Origin: Polyangiales bacterium
Lineage (GTDB): Bacteria; Myxococcota_A; Polyangia; Polyangiales; Houyiibacteriaceae
DNA length: 56,938 nucleotides
Reading direction: 5' to 3'
NCBI GenBank assembly: GCA_045106895.1
Contig: JBGCFM010000162.1
Location: 1 to 56,938, forward strand
The notes below the pieces were generated by a model. That model worked only from the letters and a program-made list of their open reading frames with translations. It searched no databases and was not told the DNA's origin. Shown in pieces: positions 55,917 through 56,938 of the stretch. The position numbers and the translations under genes were made by a program. Each line of letters starts with the position of its first letter. Within the stretch, counting starts at the first letter, position 1.

Positions 55917-56938
55917 ATGGGTCAAAAGCCAATAGAGTCGCTCCTCGAAGCAAGCGTTGAGTGGGACGGGACGCTCTTAGCCGTGGGCCACTTCTCCGCA
56001 GACGCGACGCAAGGCGAGCTCGCCGAGCTTCAAGAGATGGCCTTGGAAGGAATGGCCCTGGAGGGAATAGCCCTCGCCGATGTCGAAGGAATGCAGGAGG
56101 CCCTCGGGCGCCTCGCACCCGGCGACGCACAGCGGGTCGGCCCGCTCTCCCTAAGCCTGCGATACGTGACCTGCGAAGAGCCGGCGCCGCGCAAAGCCCT
56201 CGCGTGGGCTCCCCTCGCTTACGTCAGTGGCGTGATGGTACTGGCTGGGATCTTTCTCGCCCTGATGGCTCTTGTTCCTCCCCAAGGGCAGGCTTTTGCG
56301 ATTCCGGCCGAATCACACAGCAGCCGGAGCGTTCCCTTCACAACGCTCGCCCCAGCGGCCTTGTTTGAAGAAACCAGCGGCGATGCACGCGAGGACGAAG
56401 TGGGCGCGGAGTGGGGCGAGCAAGGGCTCGCTGGAGCGGCCAGCACAGCCAACACCCCTAGACGGAGAAACGTTCAAGACAGTGAATCGCGAGCGCCACG
56501 CGCCGCCGCAGAGCGCGCGGGGGTGCTGAGCCTCGGTGCGATGTTCGAAGGAATCGGCGCGAGCGACTCCCCTTTTGAACGAGCCCTCGGAACGGACACG
56601 GACGCGCTCCTTGGCTCCCTCACGGCATCCATCAGTGGCGAGAGGTTTGGGTTTGGCGGCCTTGGAATGACAGGCACGGGTCGCCATAGCGGCGGCCATG
56701 GGCTGGGGACCGTCCCACTTCCAGAAGCGGGAGGCTATGGGCTCTCGTCGGGAGGCGTGTGCGGGTGCGGACCCGGGGCTAGATACGGAGGAGGTTTCGG
56801 CAGACACGCTCGCAGCCCACGTGTACGAGTTCGAGGCGTTGAGTCCGAGCCCGCCCGACAGGCCCGGGTTCCGCGCCTTCGCTCCTCCGGCCCAGAAGTC
56901 CGCGGCTCCCTCGACCCGGCGCTCATCCGTCGTGTCGT
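55917..56938 (+). CDS. AgmX/PglI (GltG/GltJ-like) C-terminal-domain membrane protein, truncated at window end
   Basis: Not in ORF track. Manual translation from ATG 55917 is open to the edge: LEASVEWDGTLLAVGH; TM helix VMVLAGIFLALMALVPP; FGFGGLGMTGTG; VPRLRSSGPEVRGSLDPALIRRV. Confidence 0.85.
   Translation, partial: MGQKPIESLLEASVEWDGTLLAVGHFSADATQGELAELQEMALEGMALEGIALADVEGMQEALGRLAPGDAQRVGPLSLSLRYVTCEEPAPRKALAWAPLAYVSGVMVLAGIFLALMALVPPQGQAFAIPAESHSSRSVPFTTLAPAALFEETSGDAREDEVGAEWGEQGLAGAASTANTPRRRNVQDSESRAPRAAAERAGVLSLGAMFEGIGASDSPFERALGTDTDALLGSLTASISGERFGFGGLGMTGTGRHSGGHGLGTVPLPEAGGYGLSSGGVCGCGPGARYGGGFGRHARSPRVRVRGVESEPARQARVPRLRSSGPEVRGSLDPALIRRV

Noticed and set aside
1..56938. tRNA/rRNA genes, IS elements, integrases, prophage
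   Set aside because: None recognised; intergenic gaps are short and no transposase, integrase or phage structural motifs were seen.

Overview
High-GC chromosomal window from a myxobacterium (Myxococcota, Polyangia/Sandaracinus-like), judged from lineage-typical genes: a DUF1592/DUF1552 pair, Cys-rich and EGF repeat proteins, a Hanks kinase with TPR/PEGA partner, an AgmX/PglI-type protein and an atypical Hsp70. About 40 CDSs are supportable, including two edge-truncated genes absent from the ORF track (1-2011 minus; 55917-end plus). I saw no tRNA, rRNA, CRISPR array, integrase or transposase. The best candidate for an undescribed system is a Cys-free, His-rich membrane-targeted leader ORF ending in R-A-R-G-P-P (RAPP-class ribosome-arrest motif). 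It sits 185 nt upstream of a TonB-fused TonB-dependent receptor plus two His-motif lipoproteins, and the spacer can form mutually exclusive helices, one covering the receptor's Shine-Dalgarno. This resembles a Zn/Ni/Co analogue of the copper-sensing CruR/CutF (DUF2946) leaders. Other notable items: a coupled pair of thioester-less alpha-2-macroglobulin paralogs with GspG-like inserts; a stand-alone kinase-phosphoesterase-Rnl1-type RNA repair enzyme without Hen1; an Hsp70 with a ~330-aa Pro-rich linker insertion beside a J-protein; a temptin-like CxxCH domain on an EGF stalk; a 17-bp motif shared by two promoter regions; a possible ATT start; and a +1 frameshifted gene. All family assignments are from motif recognition by eye, not database searches.
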